Below, one piece after another: positions 13,526 through 26,925 of a stretch of DNA of 64,000 bases. Position 1 is the first letter of the stretch, and every line of letters starts with the position of its first letter. The DNA comes from Paraspadella gotoi (Eukaryota > Animalia > Chaetognatha): NCBI GenBank assembly GCA_051294375.1, contig CM119266.1:18958087-19022086 (forward strand), given 5' to 3'. The position numbers and the translations under genes were made by a program. The notes beneath the pieces were generated by a model. It made no database searches. It saw only the letters and a list, made by a program, of their open reading frames with translations, and had not been told where the DNA came from.

Positions 13526-14791
13526 GTAATTGAAGGTAGAAAATGGAACATGGCAAAAAAAAAGGTGGAAAATTGATTCGAAAAGGAAAAGGAAAAGTTT
13601 TCTAAGAAACCGGAAGTCGGATTGTACGAGGAAGAGATAATTCGAATGATAACGAAGGATTGAAGCTAAAAATAATTTGATTTCGTCGATGTTGATGGAT
13701 TAAAATTTAAAGGAATCCCAAGTTTCCCGAAGTTAACATTTTAGTTCGATACATAGATAAATATTAATATGTTAATAAAGGAATTCCCATCTCAAATGGC
13801 CGATGTTCAAAATTGTTCGTGTTTCATTTGTTCAACCGCAAAACCGGAAGGAACTCAAAACCGCAAGTTTCTGCAAAGGAGGGGACTGAGAGGGTTCCCC
13901 TTTTTTTTTTACATTTGCTGTTCCACGATATGAGGTTGAAAAAGAGCTGAGGGATGAGAAGTCGTACGAGGGAAGTGGAGCTGGACTAGAGCGGGACTGG
14001 AGTGGATTGGTCAGTAGATGGAGCGAATTCAGGGTCAGAAGACATTCATGGTGACCATTTGAAACCCGCCGATAAAATTTAACATTTTGAAAACTGATTC
14101 TTAAATACAAAGCATATAATTATTTTTAATTATATATATCATTTCCTCCGGTTTACTTTTACTTAAACAGTGAGAGATAAAAGATTTACTGGGACAATGA
14201 TCTTCCTGGTCGATAGCTGAATGTTTTTGAATGAAATATTTTGGTCTCACTTTCAGGACGATTTATAAAGAAAATGGCAATAATATTGATATCATCTGTA
14301 AGCCCTTAAAAAGCTGTATATTATGATATATTTTCCAATTCTGTAGCATAAAAACTATCTTCTTAGGGCCCAGTCAAAGTTATAAGGTACAGAATTATAA
14401 CTATCATAGATAATGGCAAGGTATATTAAAATCTTTTAGGAAATTGTAATCAATATTCCTGAACATAAAATAACCATAAATTTCAAGTGACTAATTTCCT
14501 TTTATTTTTTAAAAGCTCGAATTCGCTCATTACGAACTCAAAATAAAATCAATTATCATAAAATTTATATTTAAAAAATGTAAAAACGTGTTTTCGTATT
14601 GTGAAATTTTTGATAGCGGCGGATTTCAAATTGTCACGATGTAAGTAGCCTAAGAGGACTTAGAATGCAAAGTTCATGACGATCTGAAATTACGGGAGGG
14701 GAAGGAGAGATAATAAGAATTTGAACACAACGAAACGGAGACACAAAGAGAGAGAAAAGAGAGAGACATGAAAGAGAGAGCAAGAGAGAGA

Positions 14792-14833
<42 letters not shown>

Positions 14834-15013
14834 CGTCCGTCCGTTTGCATTTGTCATTGTGTGTGTGTGCGCAGTTTTGAAATCGAAGCTGGATTTAAAA
14901 AATTGGTGAAAATAGCGAAACCTTTTTCTCCTTCCAAATTGATTCGCATTAGAATGGTTAACTCATCGAAAACGATCCTCATAAAAATGATGATGATAAT
15001 AATAATAATATTG

Positions 15014-15046
<33 letters not shown>

Positions 15047-15284
15047 TAATAATAATAAAAACTAAGCGAATCGATATCATTCCGATACATAATTACTTAC
15101 TTCAGATGTTCTTTTTTTTAGGTAAGTCGAATCGTTTTGCCTGGATCGTCGTCTCACTCTGGCGGCGATGCCCGTTCTCCTTCGCCTCGTTCTCGAGGCC
15201 GCAGTTACTTGACAACGACAACAACAACAGTTAAACCATTTGCAACTTCGTCGTCCTTGTCGTTATAAAAACTAAATGTAGGTC

Positions 15285-15328
<44 letters not shown>

Positions 15329-15609
15329 GTTTTTGTTTATTATCTGACTGGATATTTGCCATGAAAGTTTTTTCCCATTCGCCACTTTTAATTAAGTTTC
15401 CATTTTTTAACAAAAGGCCGATTTTTTTATAAATGTAAAAAACAATATTAACAAAAGCAATTTAATTAATTAACAAAACCGATTTCGTTTTAAATCTGTC
15501 GTATCTTCTTCATCCCTGACGTCTGTTCTTTCAAATTTCTACCCCTTCGTCTTGACGCAGTTTTATTTTATTACGTTTCCAAACTCCTCTCGTTTTATTA
15601 CGTTGATCT

Positions 15610-16305
15610 CCTTTTCCTTTCTCCTCTCTTTCTCCTCCTTTCTCCTCTCTTTTTCCTCCTTCCTCCTTCCCTTTTTTCTCCTTTCTCCTCCTTTCTCTCC
15701 CTTACTCCTCCCTTTTTCCTCCTTTTTCCTCCCTTTTTCTTCCTTCCTTCCTTCTTTTTGCTCCTTCCTCCCTCACTTTTTCCTCCTTCCTTTCCTTTCT
15801 CTTCCTTTCTCCTCTCTTTTTTCTCCTTCCTCCTTCCTTTTTTCTCCTTTTTCCTCCTTTCTTCTCCTCCTTTCTCCCTCCCTTTTTCCTCCTTTCTCCT
15901 CCCTTTTTCCTCCTTTTTCCTCTTTTTTCCTCCCTTTCTCCTAGTACCCTTCCTCCTACTTTCTCCTCCTTTTTTCCTCATTCCTCCCTCCTTTTTTCCT
16001 CCTTCCCTTTTTCCTTCTTCCTCCCTCCCTTTTTCCTTCCCCTTCCTCGCGCAGCCCTGTTCTATTTCTCCTCATAAAATCCTCTTCTTTTGCGCCAGAA
16101 ACCGAAATCTTTCTGACCTCGAGTTTTGCCCCCGTTTTGCCGTCGCCACCTTCTCTCACTCTCTCTCTGCTACTCTCTCTCTCTCCGCTCCTCTCCCTCT
16201 CTGCTCCTTTCTCCTCTCTCTCTCTCCGCTCCTCTCTCTCTCCGCTCCTCTCTTCTCTCTCCGCTCCTTTCTCCTCTCTCCGCTCCTCTCTTCGCTCCTC
16301 TCTCA
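15610..16305. repeat. Long polypyrimidine low-complexity tract
   Basis: Almost exclusively C/T on the + strand, apart from an interruption at ~16050-16150. Confidence 0.9.
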
Positions 16306-16974
16306 AAAATGATATGACTTTCACTTAAAAATTTTTTTTTCTCTGATTCTTCGAAACTGAAGATCTTTTTCAAATTGGTCGAGAAAATAATAACTCCTCC
16401 CAATATTATTTTAGAAAATTAATTTCTTTTGTGGCCAACTGGAGATGATGAGCCATTCATTATCATCCTCCGCTTTAAGAGCCGCGGGGCGCCAAGGCGT
16501 GCCTTCTGCATTTTCCCCTTCGTTTAGGGCAACATTTTTTTTCCATGGGCAAAAGGTTTTAACGGGGATCACCAAAGTTTATCTCGTTGAAAAGGGTGAC
16601 TCGCCCTGCACGTTCCTCGTCCATCGAGTATCGGAATAAACGGCCAAGATTTTTTTTTTTTTTTTGACGCGAGTTTCATCTTAAAAACAAAGAACTTTTT
16701 TTAACTTTTTATTTTTCCATTTTCTTTCGGTCTTCTCGCGTTAACGGAAAACTCCTACGATATGATTTGGAATGAATTTTGAAATACTCGAGTGTCTTAG
16801 TTGAGTTGAGGTGAACCTGGAGTCGTGATCGGCAGCTGCGACTTGATTCAAACTCACTTAAGACAAAAATCTGGATCGATGATGTCCGGATGCCTGGTGT
16901 ATTGGTGATGAAGTACAGAAGCGCTTCGTTGTAAAACACATTTGGTTTTTCTCCTCCTTTGCGACACTCAAACT

Positions 16975-17028
<54 letters not shown>
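16975..17028. repeat. (GCC)n trinucleotide tract (18 units)
   Basis: Direct reading. Another interrupted tract lies at 45760-45837. Confidence 0.98.
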
Positions 17029-17029
<1 letters not shown>

Positions 17030-17300
17030 ATCACACCGATCTCTCTTCGCCCCATTCTCACTCCACTCACTCCGCCCCTCATCCCTCGGAGCCGCGATTC
17101 TTGGTCACGTGCTCCTCGTCGGTCAAGAGTTCATCGCGGAGACCGCACGCGAACCACGGGGTCACGTGACCTCCCGACCCCCGGGGCCACGAGGATTTCC
17201 CGCGCGCGCAATGAGGTCAGCGTTCGAACCACCCAAGACCCTTTGGCCTCGGGGTCAATGCGCACACGCCACACACGCACACGTGGATCGCCGTTTACGA
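16975..17300. promoter_or_regulatory. CpG-rich promoter-like island with three CACGTG E-boxes
   Basis: GTCACGTG at 17104, perfect GTCACGTGAC at 17161-17170, CACGTG at 17280, adjacent (GCC)n tract, and a - strand GTGAGT donor at 16857. Confidence 0.4.
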
Positions 17301-17369
17301 GATAGAGAGAGAGAGAGCGAGAGAGAGAGAGAGACCGTTTTTAATTCTTTTTCCTTTTTTTTCCGGTCA

Positions 17370-17410
<41 letters not shown>

Positions 17411-17539
17411 AACCCCGATTTCCTCCCCTTTAAACCTTCATACAGCAACGTTTCTTCTCCTCTCATCTTCTCACTTTTTCACCGCAAAACACCTGACCAA
17501 AAATAGACGGTCAGGCAGGAAGGGCCAGAGGGGCAACTA

Positions 17540-17733
17540 CAGCCCTGTGCAAAAAAAAAAGGACACCTTGAAACATTGCTCGAATAAATTTTGTTAGGTT
17601 CCTTTTGAGTAAATTTGGTTACAATTTAGTAGTCCATCCATAAGCAATGATTTAGTAACTACTCAAACAGAGTATTAGAGCAGAAGAAAATTGACATATT
17701 TTTAAGAGTGTCCTCTTTTTTTGCACAGGACTG
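17540..17733. mobile_element. Tc1/mariner-like MITE (194 bp)
   Basis: TA|CAGCCCTGTGCAAAAAAAAAAGGACAC ... GTGTCCTCTTTTTTTGCACAGGACTG|TA: ~30-bp imperfect TIRs with TA duplication at both ends. Confidence 0.8.
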
Positions 17734-17740
17734 TACCTAC

Positions 17741-17891
17741 CTTTCGTGTCGTACGAGAAATGCTCGTTCGGGGCCAAATCCTTTGGTCAGTCGGTGGCGT
17801 CGGCGAACTGGAGATTTGCGTCTCTTTACGTTGACGATTTATCTGTGTGGCGTCGAGTCTCGAGCGTCGTGTCTTGGGTCCCGGCGCCGAC
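17741..17891 (-). other. Candidate - strand exon (151 nt)
   Basis: Long pyrimidine tract plus CTAAG| acceptor, AAG|GTAGGT donor. One frame is open (SAPGPKTRRSRLDATQINRQRKE...TTRK). No partner exons established. Confidence 0.35.
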
Positions 17892-18337
17892 CTTAGATCA
17901 GAAGAGGAAGAGGAATGGGTGAAGAAGAGTGGGACTTTGAACTTTTAACTTTGAAGTCGTTAGATGGACAGACTAGAGACACTTGCACAAAAGCATCATG
18001 GCGGACAAAAGCGGAGATGGATTTAAAATATGTCTATATTATAATAAACAAAATCGAAAATTTTTCAAAGGAATCACTTTTTGATCTTTACATTAAAAGA
18101 ATCAAAAGAAATCAAAAGGCGGCCTATTTATTTTCCAACATTCGGTCTTAACATTTTTCTTTAATGATTAATCCCCAAAAAATAAGGAAATTTCAAAGGA
18201 AATGCTAGAATGAAAGGCAGCGATGTCGATTGTGGAGTGTGGATTGTGGATTGTGAAGTGAGTTAGAGATGAATCGTAAATAATCGGTGAGGTTTGATTT
18301 TTTGGTACACGAGGAAATTACGATGAAGGGGGAAAGC

Positions 18338-18482
18338 GATGAAGGAGAGAGAGAGGGAGAGGGAGATGATGAAGGAGAGGGAGAGGGAGATGATGATGAA
18401 GGAGAGGGAGATGATGATGAAGGAGAGGGAGAGGGAGATGAAGGAGAGGGAGAGGGAGATCATGATGAAGGAGAGGGAGAAG
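18338..18482. repeat. GATGAAGGAGAGGGAGAGGGA-type compound tandem repeat
   Basis: About 6 units of 18-27 bp. Confidence 0.8.
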
Positions 18483-19050
18483 TGAGAGGGAGATGATAGA
18501 GAGGGAGAAGGGGGGGCAGTGAGATCAGATGAAAAAAAGGCCTAAGAAAATATGAGGCAATTCTGCCGAAGGATTCGGGGCCAAATTGATTTAAGTCAGG
18601 TGAAAGTAAAACGAAGATTTTGAATGAGAAAACAAAAAAAAAGTTTGGGTTGAAGGAAACCGAGTTAAATCGATTCTTTTCGAGTTTTGATTCAGGAACG
18701 AAGAGTAAACGAAAAATCGTGAAATGAGTGAAAAAGTGTCAAAGTTAAAAGTTAATTATGGAATTTAAAAAAGATAAACTAATCTGAGCAAAACATTTGT
18801 GTAAAGAGTTGAGAAGAAGTAGCGTAGAAAATCGGGGGAAGTTTGGCGCCAAAGTAGAGGATCGTGACGCCGATATCAACGAGTGGGCGATTGGGGGGGA
18901 GGGGGCGTTGTGGCGAAGAGAGTTTACGTTTGAAGGGACGATGGTTGAAATGTAGTTTAAGTTGCGTGGAGACTCATTTTCGACGACGATAACGACTTGA
19001 CACAAGATGTCAAATTTTAACCCTCAGATGGACTCTTTTTTTTCTCATTT

Positions 19051-19121
<71 letters not shown>

Positions 19122-19253
19122 TCGCCGATGAGGGAGAGACTTTGAATCGGTTAACCTCGTTTTGCCAAAGAAAAGGTGAAAATGAGCCAATTGATTTTTA
19201 CGAAAGGTTAAGTCGGAAAAGAGAGCACATAATCCGATTAAGAGATCTCCCTA

Positions 19254-19291
<38 letters not shown>

Positions 19292-19386
19292 CCCCTCTCC
19301 CTATTTCTCTCTCCCTCTCCCTATCTTTCTCTCTCTCTCTCTCTCTCTCTCCTCTCCCTATCTCTCTCTCTCCTATCTCTCTGTCT

Positions 19387-19443
<57 letters not shown>

Positions 19444-19549
19444 TCTCTTTCTCTGTCTCTCTCTCCCTCTCTCCCTATCTCTCTCTCTCCTATCTCTCTC
19501 TCTCCTATCTCTCTCTCATCCCTCTCCCTATCTCTCCCTCTCCCTACTC

Positions 19550-19637
<88 letters not shown>

Positions 19638-19880
19638 CCTTTCTCCTCTTCTCTCCCTCGAATTGCAGGATTTTATTTTTCTTTTTAATAAAAAGTCGAG
19701 ATTTTCCAAATCTTACATTTTAACTTTGTTTTTCTTTTACGCTGGGAGAGAGAGAGAGACAGATATGATACTCGATGTAACAAATCAAGTGAGTTGAATT
19801 AAAAACGTCGTTCGTCAAGAGTAAACAAACAATAAACACGTTTATTTACATTAGTTTGACATTGAAGCTTTGCTGTCGCT

Positions 19881-20100
19881 GATGCAGTAAATACGGCGTT
19901 GATGCAGTAAATTTGGCGATGATGCAACAAATTTCGTGATAATGCATCAAATCTGGCAATGATGCAGTAAATCTGGCAATGATGCAGCAAATCTATCGAT
20001 GATTCAGCAAATCTATCGATGATTCAGAAAATCTATCGATGATACAGAAAATCTGGCAATGATGCAGAAAATTTGGTGATGATGCAGCAAATTTGTCAAT
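19881..20100. repeat. 20-bp minisatellite, ~11 diverged copies (GATGCAGCAAATCTGGCAAT-like)
   Basis: Exact 20-bp periodicity. Confidence 0.9.
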
Positions 20101-20102
20101 GA

Positions 20103-20228
20103 TTGTCGTTAATTTTGTTGTTCTTCTAATCCTTGTCTTCGTTGTCGTTGATTTTATTGTCCTTCTAATCCCTGTCTTCGTTGTCGTTGATTTTGTTGTC
20201 CTTCTAATCCTTGTCTTCGATGTCGTTG
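20103..20228. repeat. 39-bp tandem repeat x3 (TTGTCGTTGATTTTGTTGTCCTTCTAATCCTTGTCTTCG)
   Basis: Three adjacent near-identical units. Confidence 0.85.
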
Positions 20229-21302
20229 TTCTCTTTGTTTCTTTGTTTCTGCTTTCGTCGTATATTTTCGTTTTGATTTTCGTTTCTTTGTCTACATTGT
20301 CAAATAATTAATTCTTTTTTTCTGAAATTGGTACAACCATTATAAAATTATCCATTTAATCAGTAAAAAAGTTATTTTTCTCCGGTCTTTGGACCGGTTG
20401 TTGTTGTTTTCCTTCAGTACGATATCGTTGTTTTCGTAACCACAATAGTAGCGCGAGGTGAGGGTTAACCAAGATTTTCTACAAAAGTCGAACCCCAAAA
20501 CAAATAATTGTAACGACGCCAGAGAGAGAGAAGTGACTTACATTAAATTAGGATTGTTGCCGCTGGACGAGGATATTTATTGAAAAGGGGGTGAGCTTGA
20601 AAGAGAGCGGATTAATAGAAGAGGGAAGAGGGATCAAAGGGGCGAGAGGAAATATAAAAGGAAAAATAAAAGACAAGTAATATCGTAAAATAAAATAATA
20701 AACAACCAAAAAAACAACATTGTTCAGTTAAAACTTGTGGATCAGAGATCCGAATTGATAATTTTACTCGCGAATCGAATCTTAAAACTCTCACCTCTTC
20801 ACCTAATTTTTGTTTTTCGGAATTAAATTCGATCTCCCACACCAACCCTTCAACTCTATCCAACCACCATCTCAAAAACACCTTCTCCCCCCCCCCCGTC
20901 CCTCTCCCTCCGAGCAAGTTACGAAGAGATTAATCTCGTTTCGCTCATAAACCGAAATTGTGATTCGATGATTTAGTCAAATGTTGAACGAAGTCATTGG
21001 TGTTTATGGTGCAATCGTATTCGCGCCTGGCCTCCTTTTCGTTCTTCATTTGCAAAAAATTGATAAAAAAAAACAAAAAAACAAAAAAACAAAGTAAGAA
21101 CAACCAAAAAACTTAATTCGTGTATCATTTTTAGGCTGCTTTAGGCTGTTTCTTAATCACTGAACTTGATTTTAACCTTAATATTTAACCTTAACTTATT
21201 ACAAAATGTAAAACTTAATCCTAACTTAATATTCAACCCTCATCTCTGATTTCTCACCTAAAAGACGAATCCCTAACCCTAATTCTTAATCCTGGCCCTT
21301 AA

Positions 21303-21431
21303 CCATGAGCTCATGACCCCTAGGTACCGGGTTGGGAAGCGTGAGGACGGCCGTGAGCCGCCTTGGGCGTGGGGCAAACCCTCAGGCCTGGTTCCAAGTC
21401 CAGGATCCGTTCCATGGCTGCTAGACGGGGC
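21303..21431 (-). repeat. GC-rich dispersed repeat related to 58421-58543
   Basis: Shared blocks AGCAGC.ATGGAACGG.TCCTGG, CAAGGCGG.T.ACGGCC.TCCTCACGCTTCCC, GGTACC and GTCATGAG.T.ATGG in the same order. Confidence 0.75.
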
Positions 21432-22507
21432 TATAGAACTTATGGATAGTCATCTTCAGCCCACTTAGCGCCTTATCCACAACTCAAAAGCTAATTTAAT
21501 TCTTAAAGACGAAAGGAAACGCTTTGGGATAATAAGGCTACTTTTTATGTCTCCCTCTTTCCTTTTCAATTCGATCTCTGTCCAAAAGTCGAGATCGAGT
21601 CTTCGATCTTTCGATCTCCACTTTGGTTTTTTTTTGTTTTGTTTTTTTGTTTTTTTCGCACTTTTATCTGCGAATCTCGACAAAAAGGAAATCGCGTTGA
21701 TTGATTTCTCCGGGAAAAAACTTCCGGTGCGAAAGACGCTGGACTTCCTTTGCACAAGTGGGGGAAGGAGGGTGGTTTGGGTGGAAAGTGAGGGTAGGTT
21801 TGGTAGTAATGTAGCAAGGTGTAGTGATAATTACATATCTCATTTCGAATAGTAGATCATGAAAGGGACTCGTTATGAATTTACTATACAACAGGCCTTC
21901 TTGTACATAGAACAAAGGGTGAAGATAAATTACCGACTTTATGTCTCTCGAAAATAAACATCAGGACAGGAGAGAATTAAGTTTGATCACGGTTAGGGCG
22001 AAAAAGATACGAAATATACTGTCTCTGGAATCATAAAAATCTGAGAGTACACTGTCTGGAAGAACACCAAGGTAAAATCTTTATAAGGCACGTTCTAACG
22101 CATCAAAAATTAATAGGTTAATTTATTTTAAGTTTTAGTTAATTTTAAGTTAAATTAAATTAAGTTAATTTGTTTATTAGTTGAGTCATTTTTAAAATTT
22201 ATATGTCTATCATTAGATAATTTCGTATTGTAAAAGAAATTAAGAAATAGAAAAAAGTAAAAAGTAAAGTACAGATGCACTTTCGTAGGTCACGTGGAGG
22301 GAAAAAGTCGGAATGTTTAGTGTGGAATGAGAGTCAACTGAGAGAGAGAGAGATGGAATGAACTCTGCAGCATGTTTGTTAGGATTTACGCATACAATAT
22401 TATTGAAATAATAAAATTGTCATCCGTATTAAAAATATTGAGGATGGCCGGTTTGTTCGTGAGTCATTTCCGCCGCCGATTTCCGAAAACGTTCGATGCT
22501 CCCTTTT

Positions 22508-22580
22508 GCCCGCTTCCGTTGCCCGCTTGCGCAGACCGCTTCCGCAGATCGCTTCCGTTGCCCGCTTCCGCAGACCGCCT
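22508..22580. repeat. 13-bp-period array with CGCTTCCG core
   Basis: Cores at 22511, 22524, 22537, 22550, 22563 and 22576. Confidence 0.8.
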
Positions 22581-22679
22581 CTATTGTCCCCTCCCGTCGC
22601 CCGCTTCCTCGGATCAGGTCACGCTCCGTCGGTTTTCGTTTTCCAAATTCCCCAAAGGAACAACCTCTTAAGTTTTTTT

Positions 22680-22798
<119 letters not shown>

Positions 22799-24752
22799 AC
22801 TTTCTCCCACTCTCTCCAATAAAAGCCAATTTCCTCATTTGCATATTTCAACGAGATGAACACGCGATAAGCTAAGAATAGGTGTTTCCAAAATTGAGAA
22901 TCGACCTTAAGAGTTCAGACAATCTTTTCTTAAAGACAAACTCGGAACTCTTGACTCTGACTGGAGATGAAAGTTTGGATCCTTAGGCTTATAGCTTAGT
23001 ATCGCAAAGGAAAGTAAAAATAAACGAGAAAATATGATTTTTTGTTAATTTCTATTTAAAACTTCCTTCGGTGGTCTTAAAAAAGTAGCTGTCATATCAA
23101 AAATTTGATTTTATTGCGAGCGGGACATTTTCCGCGTATGACTCTATCGCGTGTTTAGTTTTCAGACGTCTAATATACTTTTTTTTTTTCGTTACAATTT
23201 TTATTGTCACTCTCTTTTTTTTTATTAAAGTGTCTCCCACTCAAAAAACTCGGTTCTGTCGTTCTTCTCTATTCAACATCAACTTTTTTATTTTACTTTT
23301 TTTCCTGAAAAAAACCTATTCTTTGACTGGATGTATGTGCCATTTATGAAATATATCTCCTGTTTTCTGTGGGAAAATAAAATCAGCCCCTTTTCCCTTT
23401 TTTTTTTGTAACTTTCGGAGAAAAGTTACGAGTCATGATTTTTGAAAAATTATAAATTTTTTTTTATCGTCCTGATTATTAAGTTTAATTAATTGTCGTA
23501 AACTACGATTTTTTAAAAGCTTGTGTTCTTTTTTCTCCCCCGAAACGGACTCCGCCCTCTGCCGGGCAATTCACTGTCGTGATGAACCCCAAAAAACCAG
23601 ATTCACTAATTTGTCGTTTCTTTCATGCCCACTGAATCTGACATTAATTATCTATATGGTCAAGATTCGTTTTTAAATAGTAACTTTGTATATTCTATGA
23701 TCTATTGTAACCATCCTGGTTATTTTGATTTCGTGTCACATTGACTAATTTTTGAGGTCGAAAGTTGAATTCAGTAGATTGACTCTAAAGTTAGAAAAAG
23801 CGATAATGATAATGATAAAATCGATAATGATAATGATAAAATGATGGTGAATATGATACGGATGTAAGTGAAAAAGAAAAGGATTTAATTAGAAGAAGGG
23901 TCAGAGAGAGAGAGAGATAGAACAGATGGTCCTTGATCATCTAAAGTACCACTAAAGATTGAGAGTTGAGGCAAAGAACGTCAGCAGGCCAAAAGAGTAG
24001 GAAGAGGCGGCCCTGGATTACTCGGGTTGTCCCCCGGGTCGAGTCATAACTCGTAAACGTCCCCTCCCAGGAACATGAGACCCATAAAAGGAATTCGACT
24101 GTGAGAAAAAATATCATAGCGACCTTCTCTTTCTTTTTATTTCATTCTTTCTTTCTTTCTTTCTATATTTTTTTTTTTCTCTCTCTCTCAGTATTAAAAA
24201 TCTCTCTGACGAATTCTAATTATAGAGAAAAAGAGAGAGACGTAGAGAAAGAGAGAGATAGAGAGAAAGAGAGAGAATATGTAGCGTCCCCTTAATTGAT
24301 TCAAGTCTCTCATGAAATCTGTTACTATTTTCTGGCTAAGGATTCGGAACTGAAGGGCAGAGTCTTTGCATGTTGGTTTAATCCTCCCCGAGGCGTCAAG
24401 AGAAGACGGTAGAGCCCGAGGCGGAAGAAGAAAGAGAGGGAGACGTCCGCGCAGGTCCCCATTGGCGGGCGAAGCAGTGCGGACAATGCTTTTTGCTTTT
24501 GGATTAGTGCGTACCAGATTGTAGGGATTATTTCGTCCGAAAAACCCGATGTTTCCCCTCCCCCCTCCCGAGTCCATATCTTCGGGCATTTTCTTGGCCT
24601 CTGTCATCGTCCGTCTTCTTCTACATAGTTAAAGGGTTTGTCCGTCTCTATGTCACTCTGCGGACTTACCTTCTCACCTTTCCATGTCTTCCCTCATCCC
24701 GTCGACGATCTCCGTGCAAATTTAAAAATGCCGTACGCACCTCTCCGGACAT

Positions 24753-24854
<102 letters not shown>

Positions 24855-24898
24855 CCTTTCCGCTCAATTTTTTTTTCTGCATGTACCTGCCTTCCGGA

Positions 24899-24945
<47 letters not shown>

Positions 24946-24947
24946 TT

Positions 24948-24998
<51 letters not shown>

Positions 24999-26749
24999 AC
25001 GAATCCGTAAAAAAAAAAAAAAACCTGAGAAAATGAAACCTCCATCAATTTTTTTCTTTCTTTTTCTCCAAAATTATAAGAATGGTCGAGATTCTCTTCA
25101 AGTTGATGAATTAAATTTTAAATTTTCTGTCTTTTTTATCCAAAATGTTAAGTTCGAAAATAAGAAAATAAAAACTTTCAGCTGCTCCGGACTCTCTGCG
25201 ATTTAAATCCCTTTCTCGCCTTTAAAAAAACTTAAGTAACAAGAAACAAACACTGCCACCTTAAACTCACGATTCAAATGTTAAGCTGTTCATTTGTTAA
25301 ATCTCTCACTTATTAATTTCTCACGACGACAATTTCGAACGCGTAAATTTATTTCAAGAAAAAAACAAACAAAACGAAAAAAAGTGATTTTGTTTTGTTT
25401 TTTTTGAAAAAAAAGTTTGGCGTCCTAGAAAACGAAAGCTTGGAAATAATTTTCGCACAACATATTTAAAATTGTTTAGAAAAACCCGGATGGAAGATTG
25501 AAGCGGGCGATCGGATCATCCGCCGATGATTTTTTTAAAAAATTCACTTGTTAATGAAATCGACAACAGCTCTAATCTTGGAGTTGGCTACATCTTGTTA
25601 ATACCGTTAATCTTGTTAATTGCGAATTGCCACTTTGCCAAGAAAATCCCAACCATCTGACCCCATGAAAGTATAAACAATATGCCGCACATAGCTAAAC
25701 GAATTTGGATACAAATGCTCGAGACGTTACTAGTGAAAACTTGAATTCATTAGCCAAACAACAAGCAATAAATTACTTTTTTTTTTCAAAGAATTGAACT
25801 AAAATGGCAAAACTTCTTTAAATTATCCGAACAAAATAGGCTCGAGTTCTGATCAAGAGTTGATCATATTTAACGAGACGACGACGACGACGAAAAAAAA
25901 AAACCGAGAATGCGAGCCCGCAAAAAAAAGAAGAAAAAAAATAGGAAGGTTTATTTACATTTTCGTTAAGCTTACTTCTCCCTCATAAAAAAAAAAATTG
26001 TACTCTTGCTTCACTCTTCTCTTTCTCTCTCTCTCCTCTCTCTTTCTCTTTTGCTCTCGGCGATGATGAAAAAGTCAGACACACTGAATGTCGTTTTGAG
26101 TCTCGACTCTCAACCTCGCGCCACTCTCTAACTCGCCAGAGATCCCAGACACCCTTCCCCCTTCATCTTCAACTGGATCTCATTTTAATAAAGCGAAACC
26201 CTTCGCCCCTCTTCCACCTCCCATTCCTCTCGCCCTCCGACTCTTTTCAATCATCGATACTTTTGGCATCCTTTCCGCTCTCCTCGGAAAACCGAGTCGG
26301 CGAGCGTCTCGACCCCTTTCGCCACCCCCTTCCCCCCCGCGGACCACACCTTCTCCACTCCCTCAGCCAGTCACCTCCGCCCTCCAGCTCCACTCTCCAC
26401 CTCCACCCCCGCCTACACCATCAATCGCTTTCAGGCGCCAGAAGTTAAACCCATTTTTCACATTTTTTTTCCTCCGACGCGTCGAACGCAAAAAAAAAAA
26501 AGTTTAAAAAAGAACAAAAATAAAAGAATATAAACTTAAAAAAAAACAAACAAAAGAAATGGTTTATGTTGCTAAGATACGATTATCCATCTTAGAAAAA
26601 TCAAAACGAAAGGAGAGACCATCTTCTATTTTTTTTCCTACTAACGATCGGAGGCGAGAATAAAAAATATAAAAATAGTAATTCGCGTATTTAAAATCCA
26701 TTTACTTTTTTTTTGTCAATAAGTCTGGAGAGAAAAAAAACTACCACCG

Positions 26750-26812
<63 letters not shown>

Positions 26813-26887
26813 GATGCAATGACGTTGGCTTTCCAATTTTTTCCGAAACTTTAAAATCGCCTCGTCACGAAGAATACGATAGCCCCA

Positions 26888-26925
26888 CCTGATTGGTCGT
26901 CCCGTCCGACGACGTGATTGGTCGA
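26888..26925. promoter_or_regulatory. Paired inverted CCAAT boxes (TGATTGGTCG x2)
   Basis: Two copies ~25 bp apart. A similar TGATTGGTTG pair lies at ~12036-12073. Confidence 0.3.

Noticed and set aside
18287-18496. Acidic DEGEGEG ORF
   Set aside because: Explained by a compound purine tandem repeat; no splice partners.
21160-21302. Telomere-like CCCTAA/TAACCT repeats (also ~60340-60440)
   Set aside because: Too degenerate and short; more likely part of an interspersed repeat.
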